A stretch of 64,000 nt of DNA from Naegleria gruberi (Eukaryota), in assembly GCA_000004985.1 (NCBI GenBank), contig GG738883.1, one strand, 5' to 3'. A program made the translations under genes and the position numbers. A model generated the notes under the pieces. That model saw only the letters and a program-made list of their open reading frames with translations, was not told where the DNA came from and ran no database searches. This document shows, one piece after another, positions 1 to 9,789 of this stretch (its first letter is position 1; the number at the start of each line of letters is the position of its first letter).

Positions 1-295
1 CCCAGATCAAATCATTCCTCTCTACAAGATTCAATGGGTGCAACAATAACATTATTGTAAAAATCAGAAAGGGAGGTCATCAATACGATGGTGCCATGAA
101 TCTGGATCGTACTTTAGACTATCCCTAATTTCATAATTGTACATATTTGGAAGATGCTCCAATAAAGCAAATCGACTTATTTATTAATATTTAAAAATCT
201 AAAACATCCAAATTATCACAAATATTAAGCAAAAAAAGCACAACAACAACAACACTCAATCACAATATCGCAATAATTTATTCAATATCATCAAT

Positions 296-607
296 ATGGT
301 AAAAACAGTTACAAGAGGAATTTCAGAATATGACATTGTGCACTGTCCTCCATCTCACACCTATCATCCAACGACAAAGAAAGAACTCCTACGAGAACAC
401 ATCTCATACGAACAATCCAGAAAAAAGAATTATCCAACAATAGGTCCATTCCAAAATATTGAGGAATTCTCAAATGGTACTGAGGAGGAATTGAAACATC
501 TTCGAATGGACATGCTTCGTCAACAAATTGATCAAGATATCAAGGAGGGTTTTCCAGATTGGAATTTAACAGATTCATGGTTTTCAAAAATCAATTCTTC
601 ATTGTAA
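296..607 (+). CDS. hypothetical protein (103 aa)
   Basis: ATG-initiated ORF with non-low-complexity composition; no recognisable domain. Could be a terminal exon of a gene extending left of the window. Confidence 0.35.
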   Translation: MVKTVTRGISEYDIVHCPPSHTYHPTTKKELLREHISYEQSRKKNYPTIGPFQNIEEFSNGTEEELKHLRMDMLRQQIDQDIKEGFPDWNLTDSWFSKINSSL

Positions 608-662
608 ACTTTTAATATTCTTGTAAACAGAATTAAAAACTTTAAATAACATTAAAAAAAAA

Positions 663-1805
663 ATGACAGCAGGAGGCTTACCTTCATCATCCTCTTCCGC
701 ATCATCCGATGATGGAAGTCAGGGTGCTAATTCTATTCTCCTCTCACTCTTTAATTTTTATATGAATAATAATTTTAATTCTTACAATAATAATTATAAT
801 TCAATAATGATGGAAAATTCCAATCAACAGCAACAACAATGCGATGCTGGTCAATATTGTTTGGCTGATGGGTTTTGCATTACGGAGGTATCACTCATTC
901 CTACTTGTATTTTAGCCTTGATCGTTGGTGTTTATACTTGTCATCAGATCAGGAGACGATTTGCACATGTTCGGGCAAGTTGGATGTATTCATTGACGTT
1001 TTTATGTTTTGCAATCATGATGACAGACTCAATGTTTGTTCATTGCTTTGTTCCAAGACCAGATCCACAAAGCAAGTATTTTGTAATTAGTATGATTGTA
1101 AATTTGATTAATCTGGGAGGAACTACATCAATTGCTGTTGGATTTTTCTTTTGTGGACTTGCTGATATTAAGTGGATTGATGGAGATTCATTCCAATCCA
1201 AGTTGGCTTATGGATGCTCTTTTGTGGCTGTGTTTTTGGCTTGGTATTTGGCTTTGATCAATCAATGGAAAAATATGTTTTTGATTTTATATGGTGGAAT
1301 GGTTGGGTTGTTTTGTGGCTTATATCTTGTCATGCAAATTATTCTATTGGCAAGAAGTACTCACCACGAAGGAGAATCCGAATTTAGAGCAATCATGTAT
1401 TTCATCTTGTGTGGTATCAGTGGTGCTGTTGGGTTAGGAGCTGTTTTCATTTGGAGAAATCAAATTTGTAGCATGATGGGTCCAGTTCTATCTCCATATC
1501 TTGGTCCTACTTTTGTTTGGTTTATTTTGAGTGATGTGGCAGTCTATTTCCTATTCAAATATGTAGAAGAAACCATGAGTTTGAGAGATACTAGTCAAGT
1601 TGAAGAAAAGAAGAAAAAAGTCTATCCAAACTATAATCCATATACCAATGTTCAATATGCACCAATGCAAAATCAATCCTACATTGGAAATGATGGAAAA
1701 GTCTACACTTACACAAAGGTTTCCCAAAACGAACACGAAGATATTGAGCTCATGCCAAACTCTATCTTACCAACTCACAGACATCACACTAACAATGTAT
1801 TTTAA
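663..1805 (+). CDS. hypothetical multi-pass membrane protein (380 aa) with N-terminal poly-S/N region
   Basis: ATG ORF. About 7–8 hydrophobic predicted TM segments follow an S/N-rich N-terminus. No known family recognised. Confidence 0.6.
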   Translation: MTAGGLPSSSSSASSDDGSQGANSILLSLFNFYMNNNFNSYNNNYNSIMMENSNQQQQQCDAGQYCLADGFCITEVSLIPTCILALIVGVYTCHQIRRRFAHVRASWMYSLTFLCFAIMMTDSMFVHCFVPRPDPQSKYFVISMIVNLINLGGTTSIAVGFFFCGLADIKWIDGDSFQSKLAYGCSFVAVFLAWYLALINQWKNMFLILYGGMVGLFCGLYLVMQIILLARSTHHEGESEFRAIMYFILCGISGAVGLGAVFIWRNQICSMMGPVLSPYLGPTFVWFILSDVAVYFLFKYVEETMSLRDTSQVEEKKKKVYPNYNPYTNVQYAPMQNQSYIGNDGKVYTYTKVSQNEHEDIELMPNSILPTHRHHTNNVF

Positions 1806-1840
1806 ATTAAATTATTTATTAGAGTTATTAATTTACAAAT

Positions 1841-4228
1841 TTAGTAGAACTGCTTGAGTGGGGATTGTTTTTGAATGAGTTGTCTTATCAGTACATTTTC
1901 AAAGAGATTAGCAAGCTCATCATTACTCTTTGCAGAAACATAACAATATGGTACATTAAGTTGTTTAGCTCTTTCTTCCAAGCTGTGGTCAGTGGAATTT
2001 CCACTTCTATTTTGTACAATAACAATTGGTATTTGTGAAATATCAACTCTCTTAACAAACAAAATTTCTTCGATGAGCTCATTGATGGCAACAATGGAAT
2101 TCTTTTGCTCTTCGGAACAAACGAGAACAAATGCATTAGAACTAAAGATTCTTTCATCTAGATATTCTTCATCATCTCCATTCATGTCCAACAAGTTCAC
2201 TTTAACAACTTGATCATAAACTTTCAATTCCTTCAAATAGAGTTCTTCCTCAGAGTTTGGATCTTGCTCAGTAATAGTTCCTTGAACATAATTGTTGAGC
2301 AATCTTGATTTTCCTACAAGCGGTGGACCTCCAACAAAAACTTCAATTTCGTCTGGCAATGCCTTTGTGACGGTAATGTCACCAGAGCCACTAACTTCAA
2401 CCTTGACAGTAGAGCTTAATTTCTTTGATTGGAAGAGAAGAGTGACATGTTGATTTCCATTGACAATATTTGTGTTGTCCAATTTAGATGTATAATCAGT
2501 AGAATCTCCCAAAATGAATGAATAGGACAAGTCATTGATATATGAGACACCTTCTTGTTTACCTGTTGTGAAGGTGAACTTGAGTAAATTCTTAAAGAAG
2601 GAAACATTCTTTTCAATCTTTGATGGAGTTGCAACTTTTGGTGAAGTCAATTCAATAAGTTTAGCATCTGATGGAGTTGCTTGGTATCCGAAACTAGTAA
2701 GAAGAGCAATAATCTTTTCCTTTAAAGATGATGGACATTCCTCACTAATAATTCTATCGATGGACTTTTCAACAAAACGTGGAGATTCTGCCTTGACAGT
2801 CAATTGATGATTGGCCTTGGCGTTTAACAATAATCTAGCCAACTTGACTTGCCCAGATTCAATAGCTCTATGAAGTGGAGTTCTTCCACTGAAATCTCTA
2901 ACATCAACATTAGCATTATGTCTCAATAACCATTCAGCAATGAGATAACTCTTCAAATCAATTGCATAGTGGAGTGGATATCTTACTTCATCCTCAATAA
3001 CACATGGATCATTGACGTAGGCAGAGAGTTCCTTTTCTTGTTCAGAGAAAATTTCAAGTGCCAAATCAGTCAAATAAACATCTCTTTCATGTGAATAGTT
3101 TTCGGAATCTGATGAGAAATCCAAACCTTCATCTTCTCCGCCTTGGTCAACTTCCAAAGATTGCAAAACAATGAGCAAGAGATTTTGTTGTTTTGGAAGC
3201 TTTGAAGCTTTCAATCTCAATCCTTCTTCTTTCAATAACTTGTAGGCTTTTCTATTGTTTTCCATCAATGCAAAGAGTAAAAGATTGGCTTTGAAATGGG
3301 ATTCTTCATCGACAAGCATTTCAATTCTAGACAATTCTTCCTTTACAAAATGATCCTTCTTATTGATATGAATCAATTCTCCCAACAAGGAAGCATCTTC
3401 ATGTAAAATTGAGATGAAAAGTAACTTTTTAAAGCATTCTTCAGTAGGTCTATTAGTGGACAACAAGTCAAGAAGTAAATCTTGCTTATTTTCTCTGGCA
3501 TATTGTTTCAATTGATTTTCAACATCAACATTTTGAACAATTTTTGTTGTTTCAATTGGTTTTTGTTTCTTCATCAATTCTTTCAATAAGTAAATATTGA
3601 AAATGTCATTCACTTGATTGAAATCCCTAGCATTACAAGAAACGAAAGGCAATTTATATTGTAAAGCTTTCTTTTCAACAAGAGAGTGAACTGATCTTGC
3701 CTTTTGCATATCTTCTTCATCAAGAATATCCAAATACTTTTCTTGTGATTCTAAAATATCACTCTTATTGAGAATGATAACAATTGGTGTTTGATCAACA
3801 TTACCAATTGATTGTTGATTATCAAGATTTGTTGATGATCTATTGTTAATTTGATTGACAATTTCATCAATCATTGATTGACATTGTTCAGGATCATCAA
3901 GAACACTACAAACAATCAAGAAAGCATTTCCATCAGCAATAAATTGATGTTGCAATTGTTTAAATTCACTTCTACCTCCACATTCATTAATATTTAATGT
4001 AATACTATCATTATCAAAATAAATAGTTTTGTAGTAGTGTTCAGTTACTGTAGGAACATATTCTTCTGTAAATTGTTTGGAAATGTATTGATGAATAATT
4101 GATGACTTGCCACTTGCTTCACTTCCCAATACAACAAGTTCTAAATAATCTGATGGAAAGACAGGTGAAAATTTAGTACTTGTACGTGTTGTAGTGTTGG
4201 TTGTAGGTAAATGTAGACTATCTTCCAT
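1841..4228 (-). CDS. ankyrin-repeat protein with two Ras-like small-GTPase domains (N- and C-terminal), 795 aa
   Basis: N-terminal domain: P-loop VVLGSEASGKSS, effector-like YVPTV, LNKSD (NKxD) and SCNA (SAK-like). Middle: ankyrin repeats (HYAIDLKSYLIAEWLLRHNANVDVRDFSGRTPLHRAIESGQVKLARLLL). C-terminal domain: second P-loop GGPPLVGKS, DMNG (DxxG) and VSAKS. The G3 motif is degenerate in both domains (NECGG / QNRS). Confidence 0.8.
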   Translation of the reverse strand: MEDSLHLPTTNTTTRTSTKFSPVFPSDYLELVVLGSEASGKSSIIHQYISKQFTEEYVPTVTEHYYKTIYFDNDSITLNINECGGRSEFKQLQHQFIADGNAFLIVCSVLDDPEQCQSMIDEIVNQINNRSSTNLDNQQSIGNVDQTPIVIILNKSDILESQEKYLDILDEEDMQKARSVHSLVEKKALQYKLPFVSCNARDFNQVNDIFNIYLLKELMKKQKPIETTKIVQNVDVENQLKQYARENKQDLLLDLLSTNRPTEECFKKLLFISILHEDASLLGELIHINKKDHFVKEELSRIEMLVDEESHFKANLLLFALMENNRKAYKLLKEEGLRLKASKLPKQQNLLLIVLQSLEVDQGGEDEGLDFSSDSENYSHERDVYLTDLALEIFSEQEKELSAYVNDPCVIEDEVRYPLHYAIDLKSYLIAEWLLRHNANVDVRDFSGRTPLHRAIESGQVKLARLLLNAKANHQLTVKAESPRFVEKSIDRIISEECPSSLKEKIIALLTSFGYQATPSDAKLIELTSPKVATPSKIEKNVSFFKNLLKFTFTTGKQEGVSYINDLSYSFILGDSTDYTSKLDNTNIVNGNQHVTLLFQSKKLSSTVKVEVSGSGDITVTKALPDEIEVFVGGPPLVGKSRLLNNYVQGTITEQDPNSEEELYLKELKVYDQVVKVNLLDMNGDDEEYLDERIFSSNAFVLVCSEEQKNSIVAINELIEEILFVKRVDISQIPIVIVQNRSGNSTDHSLEERAKQLNVPYCYVSAKSNDELANLFENVLIRQLIQKQSPLKQFY

Positions 4229-4572
4229 TGTTTATTATACAGAGTGTGGGTGTTGATGTGTTTTTTTTAAGTTGAAGTAGATGGTTATGTAGGTAACAAT
4301 TGACTATTACATTGACATTTGATTAGTGAGGTACTGTTTATATTGAGAGGGTGTATTAGGTAATCAGTTGCTGAGAATAAGCAACACTCTTCTACGATCA
4401 CACTCATTGGTTATGATTCCTCAATAAATAGTTGAGTGGAATCAAACATTTGTCCTCAATTGGTAGTTAGATGATGTTTATTTACAAGGAATACTGATGA
4501 TTTTAAGTGGAAGAATATTGATGATTTGTGTTAAGTGGAAGAATTTAACTAAATATAAATGGAGTTAATTGC

Positions 4573-5139
4573 TTACGCATCTAAGGTGAATTGATGAGTC
4601 AATTCTTTGGTCTTTTCCAATTGAGCATTTGTTTCTAGATTTCTCTTGTACATTTCGTCTACTTCGTCCATCATCTTTTTCATATCATTGGTTCTCTCGA
4701 TAGCTGTTTCTTGCACTCTACCCATAAATTGATTAACAAGCTCGGAAAGCTTCATTGTAAAATCTAATCAAAACATTAAATGATCACTTGATAGTGACAA
4801 CTTACTATTCAATACACTTTCCATCTTTTCATGAATCTCGGAGAGTCTCTGTCTAGCATGTTGCATATTAGGATCCAAATAATCTGCAGCTGCTCCACCT
4901 GAGGCTGATGATCCTTGTTGAGTTTCAAAAGAATGATTTCCACCTTCATTAGTTTCCTCCAAAGTGCTTCCTTCCAATGAATTTTCATAGCGTTGTTGAT
5001 GTTGTTGTTGTGGATAATGAGAAGCTTCCTCACAGAATTGTTGTTCTCCCGATTCATAGAGATTAGAATCATTAACAAGACTAGAAGAATCATCACTTGC
5101 GAATTTTACTCGTTTAGTTGACTTTAAGATTTTGTTCAA
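4573..5139 (-). CDS. hypothetical coiled-coil protein, 2 exons (5139..4806, 4763..4573)
   Basis: ORFs 4768..5139 and 4573..4755 join in frame across a 42-nt GTAAGT...GATTAG intron (minus 4805..4764). A possible further 5' exon (5230..5165, MSTSLEKRTFQSTDMIQDDHQQ) would join through a 43-nt GTAAGT...TTAAAG intron. Confidence 0.55.
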
Positions 5140-5547
5140 AGGCTTTGAAAAATTAATTACTTACTTGTTGGTGATCGTCTTGGATCATATCGGTACTTTG
5201 GAATGTTCTCTTTTCTAAGCTTGTTGACATTTTTTTTAAGTTGAGTCAACTAAGGCTTGTTTCTTGAATGCAAAAATATGAACTTTTTGGCGCCAAAATT
5301 CTTAAAATTAATCTGAAAAATGTATTATTTGATGTAAGCGGTCTTGGACTGCAATTATGATACAATCAGGAGGGAGGTTGAAAAGGTGAAAAATATTGAT
5401 GAAGAATATGAACACACTCATAGGTTATCAGTCCGAACAATCTGAAATGTTTCATTTCACAAGATCGTTTCCAACATAAAGTAAAATCCGCATTATTTTT
5501 TCAAATGCAAATGAAATTTTTAATTTATTTAAGAAATACGTTTACGT

Positions 5548-6312
5548 TCAAAAACATCCAACCTCAATTATTAATCCAAAAAAAACACAGCACGGAATTG
5601 ATAAAAATATCATACCTACTGTAAGTCCAAAAAATGAAATGGTTATAAGAAATACCGAGAGTTTTCGATAAATTATTGAATAGGAAATTGCAAAGAAATA
5701 ATCATTGTCATCATTATAAAAACAAGGCACCTTTGCACCCGCATTCATTTCTACTGACATTGTGGAATTCTTAAATGTAGCAATCTTTGGGGAAGGAATA
5801 TAATTGGTTTCGTTCTCAATTTTGGTTACATTGCAACTACTTCCAACAAATGTTTCATTATATTTGGATGAGGGAAAGTATTTCTCAGTCGTAAAGAGTG
5901 TTGAATTATGAGTTGTTACAAACATTTTCACAAATAATCCTTTTTCCCACTCATCACAACCTCTACGTTGTTTAGCACAGTATGAGGCAATATAAAGATT
6001 GCAATCTGACACTTGGCATTCATGTTCCGGCGCTGTATGGACCAGAATACTAAAGTAAAGGAAAGTGAAGGAGACAATTATAAATACTATTAAAGAAATT
6101 ATTCCTATGATGATAACGTTGATGATATGTCCATGTAATCTCTTCTTATGTCGTAATAATAATTCTTTGTTCTTTTTCCAATTTTCTGTTTCGGCAACAA
6201 CAGAATAACAACTCTTGTTAATTTGTGCAAAACTTGCATATGAATCTATTGAAAGAAATCCAAGTATCAATGTTAATTCATCAGAATTTAATTTATGAAA
6301 GGGAAGTGTCAT
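5548..6312 (-). CDS. hypothetical F-box-like / single-TM protein
   Basis: First ATG at 6312 (the track ORF used an upstream TTG). F-box-like N-terminus LPFHKLNSDELTLILGFLSIDSYASF. Hydrophobic TM segment IINVIIIGIISLIVFIIVSFTFLYF. Confidence 0.5.
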   Translation of the reverse strand: MTLPFHKLNSDELTLILGFLSIDSYASFAQINKSCYSVVAETENWKKNKELLLRHKKRLHGHIINVIIIGIISLIVFIIVSFTFLYFSILVHTAPEHECQVSDCNLYIASYCAKQRRGCDEWEKGLFVKMFVTTHNSTLFTTEKYFPSSKYNETFVGSSCNVTKIENETNYIPSPKIATFKNSTMSVEMNAGAKVPCFYNDDNDYFFAISYSIIYRKLSVFLITISFFGLTVGMIFLSIPCCVFFGLIIEVGCF

Positions 6313-6832
6313 TAACAATTTCTATTGGATGCACGTTTAAATTATGGAGGGTGTGCTTAATTGTATTGGTGTTTTTTTGACATGCAAATCCATCTCATTT
6401 GACTTTTTAAAATATTCTTTAATATAAATGGAATATTTTAAACGAGTAGTATGCCACACAGTAACGCACTCACAGTAGTGGCATATTTTTTTGGGATGTC
6501 TACAAGTCAGATATACAGGTGTTGAGAAAATAAGAATTCATGGATTGGATGAGAAATACTCAGTTATTGTTGAAATTACTGAGTTCCCTTTTACATATTG
6601 GAACGATAAATTTCTTTCGTCACAACTACGTCATCATTTGCTTCAACGGATACTTTCCAATCCCAAAATAGAACCAAAAGGTGTATTACTTGCAGAGAAC
6701 AATATTTATTACGCGCTCCGAAGGCGGCAACTTCAAATAAAATCAAACAAAAAAAAAGAGTTCAAACCAAACAACGAAACTCTATTGTAAAATAGCTTAG
6801 AATATATTATTTAAAAAAATATTTGATCAAAA

Positions 6833-7527
6833 ATGTCGTTAGTGAGTGGTGATTATAGACCATGGGATTATGATATCCTTGTTAAAGTATTGATTATTGG
6901 TGATTCTGGAGTCGGGAAGAGTTGCTTACTTGTTCGTTATAGTGATGATGATTTCTTTGAATCACATCTTACAACTATTGGAGTTGATTTTAAAATTAAA
7001 ACACAAACATTACCAGATAATAGAGTAGCAAAGATACAGTTGTGGGATACTGCTGGTCAGGTAAGTTTTTATTTCTAATATTTTCTAATAATTTCAAATA
7101 GGAACGATTCAATTCTATTGTGTCTGGATATTATAGAAGTTCAAATGGTATTATGATTGTATTCGATTTGACTGATGAACAATCTTTTAGAAATGTCAGT
7201 AAATGGCTTGATCAAATTAAGAAACATGGTGATCCTTCGGGTCCAATGGTTCTTGTTGGAAATAAGGCTGATTTAACATCAAAGAGAGTTATTGATTCTC
7301 AATTAGGAAAGGAATTAGCCAAGAATTTAGGAATTGAATATATTGAAACGAGTGCAAAGAGTTCACAAGGTGTTGAACAAGCTTTTGACAAAATGTTACA
7401 AGCAGTTGTAAAGGCTCAAAACTATATTGAAAGTGGACCAAAGAAGGACGATAGATATTCGAATTCTTCATCTTCCCTGGTGGTGCAAGGACCAAAAACT
7501 CCTTCTGGTAGTACTTGTAATTGTTGA
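6833..7527 (+). CDS. Rab-family small GTPase, 2 exons (6833..7060, 7102..7527)
   Basis: [10 protein letters not shown]-loop; TIGVDF effector; WDTAGQ|ERF switch II split by a 41-nt GTAAGT...ATAG intron (7061..7101); GNKAD; ETSAKS; C-terminal CNC prenylation motif. Confidence 0.9.
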
Positions 7528-8161
7528 GTTTAAGTAATAAAACAATTCATTTTACAAAAGTTTTATCATGTCCAAAGTATGATTCATAGAATTTTGGACG
7601 ATAATTGGGAGAACAAGTGTACACTAGTTTATCAGACGAGAAAAACAACCTTTCAAGTGAAAACGCAAAACTAATTGAGAAAGTTGAAAATCTTTCAAAT
7701 GAAAATAATAATTTATTGGAAAGAATCAAATTATTGGAACAAGAACTGTCAAAATTAAAACAATAATGTATTTATTTGGTTTTACATCAACATTATTAGT
7801 GAATGGATTGAGCAAGTTTTTGATATTCTTAAAGAAGAGGAACATCTCCATTAGAAATTGTTACAAAATATATTCGAATATATTCGAAAGAGGAAGAAAC
7901 TCAATTGTTGAACTTCATACTAATTATTCTCAAAATAGCCCCGATTTCTAGAAATCAATTGAACAACAAAAGCACTTGAAAATGTCAGGAGCTTTTAATA
8001 AATGGCAAAAAGATGAATTCAAACAATAAAATTACTGGAAATTCATCCTTTTTCAATTTTTCAGAGATCTGTTGTTGATATTTCGGGAAAGTGAACTTGA
8101 TTACAAGTTCCAGAATTATACTAATTACTAATACTAATGCAAAACAATAATTTTAAAAAAA

Positions 8162-8671
8162 ATGTGGCTGGAAGATCTAGTGTACGATATAATTTATGAT
8201 GTAATGGAAGAGCGGAAGAAAGAAAATTCACTCCAAGGCAATGTTTATATTTGGGATATTGTAAAACAAGTTCAAGAGATTATTCTTGAAAAAGGTGAAG
8301 AAACTTATTGGATGGTGGGAAATCCAATTGTTGAAGAAGAAATTTATGAGGAAATTAAACGAGAATTGAAAGAATTAAAAAAACAAGCTCGAGAGGATGA
8401 GGAAGAAGTGGAAATTGAACGAGATTTTAAAATTATGAATAATATAGATGAATATGATGATGATTATGATGATGAAGAAGAATTTGAAGGAGATGAAGAT
8501 TATGATGATGAGGAAATGAATGAGGATTTTGATGATGAAGAATATGAACCAGAAATGGAGGGAGAAGAAGTCAATTCACAAAAAAGAAATAGAGAAGAGT
8601 ATGGAGATTGGGCAGATTTTGGTAAACCAGCAAAGAGTAAAAAGTTCAATATAATATATATAAAGGAATGA
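8162..8671 (+). CDS. hypothetical highly acidic (D/E-rich) protein, 169 aa
   Basis: ATG ORF with a structured N-terminus followed by D/E/Y-rich acidic tail; no known domain. Confidence 0.5.
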   Translation: MWLEDLVYDIIYDVMEERKKENSLQGNVYIWDIVKQVQEIILEKGEETYWMVGNPIVEEEIYEEIKRELKELKKQAREDEEEVEIERDFKIMNNIDEYDDDYDDEEEFEGDEDYDDEEMNEDFDDEEYEPEMEGEEVNSQKRNREEYGDWADFGKPAKSKKFNIIYIKE

Positions 8672-8881
8672 CCACCAAAATGAAATATATCAAAATATAT
8701 TGCAAAACCATCTTGCTTGACAAGATATGAATCACTTTGTTTCGCAGTTAGTGCAATCTCTTTAATTCAGAAAACTACTAATGTAGTTTGGCACTTTTCA
8801 AACCTCTATCATCCAAGAATTCCATAATTATCTTATTAAAAATTTTGGATTATTCAAAAATATAATATTTAGCCAAAATCA

Positions 8882-8968
8882 TCCGATGAGACGGAATCGA
8901 ACCGCCGACCACAGGATTACAGTGTTTCTTGCTACAGTCCCATGCTCTACCAGCTGAGCTATCATCGG
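8882..8968 (-). tRNA. tRNA-Tyr (anticodon GTA) with ~14-nt intron after position 37
   Basis: Minus-strand cloverleaf: acceptor CCGATGA/TCATCGG, D-arm AGCTCAGCTGGTAGAGC, anticodon stem TGGGA..TCCTG with loop CTGTA, inserted GCAAGAAACACTGT, T-arm GGCGGTTCGATTCCGTC, discriminator A, and a downstream T-run. Confidence 0.85.
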
Positions 8969-9107
8969 TACATGTTTTTAAATAAAGGATGAAATATTTT
9001 ATTGTAACTCTAAAATAAATTATTGGAGAACACAATGTCCTTCAAATGGATTGTAGATGATGATTGCTTAGCTTTGTTGTAAATAAGGCGATGATTGTAT
9101 TAAGTGA

Positions 9108-9180
9108 GCCCGTCTAGCTCAGTCGGTAGAGCGCAAGGCTCTTAACCTTGTGGTCGTGGGTTCGACCCCCACGGTGGGCG
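9108..9180 (+). tRNA. tRNA-Lys (anticodon CTT)
   Basis: GCCCGTCTAGCTCAGTCGGTAGAGCGCAAGGCTCTTAACCTTGTGGTCGTGGGTTCGACCCCCACGGTGGGCG is a canonical 73-nt cloverleaf with intact A and B boxes. TTTT follows the gene. Confidence 0.9.
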
Positions 9181-9374
9181 ATTTCTCTTTTATGTTAATA
9201 AGCATTTTTTAATTTTCTCTGACTTATCAAATTGTCTTAACTTTACCAAATATTCCAATAAATTCAATTTACTGAGCTTTATGTTCTTATAAGCATCTAC
9301 TATTTTGATTATTTCAACAATAATTAAATATTAAATTAAATTATATTAATTAAAAAATATTTGAATTTAAAAAA

Positions 9375-9690
9375 CATTAGTCTGACTCCCAGATTTCACT
9401 CTCTGTTAGCTCATGCTCAGTTCTGCAATCTGACCATCATACAGTGTGAAGGCTATGATTTGCTCAGTTATCCTGCCTCAACCGGTTCACCTTTCATTAG
9501 GACCCTAGTTTCTCCTTTTTCATGGGGAGGTACTATGGTCACACCGCTATTGGCGCAGACAGAACATCGTCACCATATTGCTAACAGAGGAATGAGTCTG
9601 AAGAACCATCCCTTTGCCTGACGCTGTGGCAGAGAACCATCACAGCTACCTCCCTACAGTAGCCCAGCTTGTCTTTATCATCAATTCTCG
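9375..9690 (-). ncRNA. signal recognition particle RNA (7SL / SRP RNA)
   Basis: The minus-strand sequence aligns motif-by-motif with eukaryotic 7SL RNA. Alu-domain-like GCTGGGCTACTGTAGGGAGGTAGCTGTGATGG; CAATATGGTGAC as in human CAATATGGTGACC. S-domain GGTGAACCGG followed by a helix-8-like region with the AGCA motif (GGCAGGATAACTGAGCAAATC). Helix 5 closes with TCTGTTAGC paired to GCTAACAGAGAG. A T6 Pol III terminator lies at the 3' end (plus 9369–9374) and an AT-rich TATA-like box about 30 nt upstream. The 5' end is approximate. Confidence 0.8.
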
Positions 9691-9789
9691 AGTGTGTAAA
9701 GGTAAAAATCTTGGAAAATATTAAATAAATGTGGTTTTCAAAAATATGATCAAAAAGATGGATCAGTGGCTTAATGAGGATAGTTACTA

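Noticed and set aside
5140-5230. A 22-nt intron joining an upstream mini-exon to gene 4573..5139.
   Set aside because: 22 nt is well below the intron size seen elsewhere in the window. Using the next AG gives a 43-nt intron, kept as a low-confidence alternative in the feature note.
6491-6790. 99-aa ORF listed in the track.
   Set aside because: It begins at TTG rather than ATG, directly after a hairpin + T7 signal, and has no internal Met near the start or a recognisable domain.
7560-7765. Plus-strand heptad-rich frame (…LSDEKNNLSSENAKLIEKVENLSNENNNLLERIKLLEQELSKLKQ*) and antisense ORF 7547..7729.
   Set aside because: No start codon in the plus frame (it is preceded by a stop) and no splice acceptor that would attach it to the Rab gene, which already ends in CNC-stop. 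Treated as low-complexity coincidence.
8850-9035. ORF 8850..9035(-), and likewise 57592..57816(-) and 9361..9621(+)/9581..9835(-).
   Set aside because: They overlap, respectively, tRNA-Tyr, tRNA-Pro and the SRP RNA gene. The RNA genes explain these sequences.
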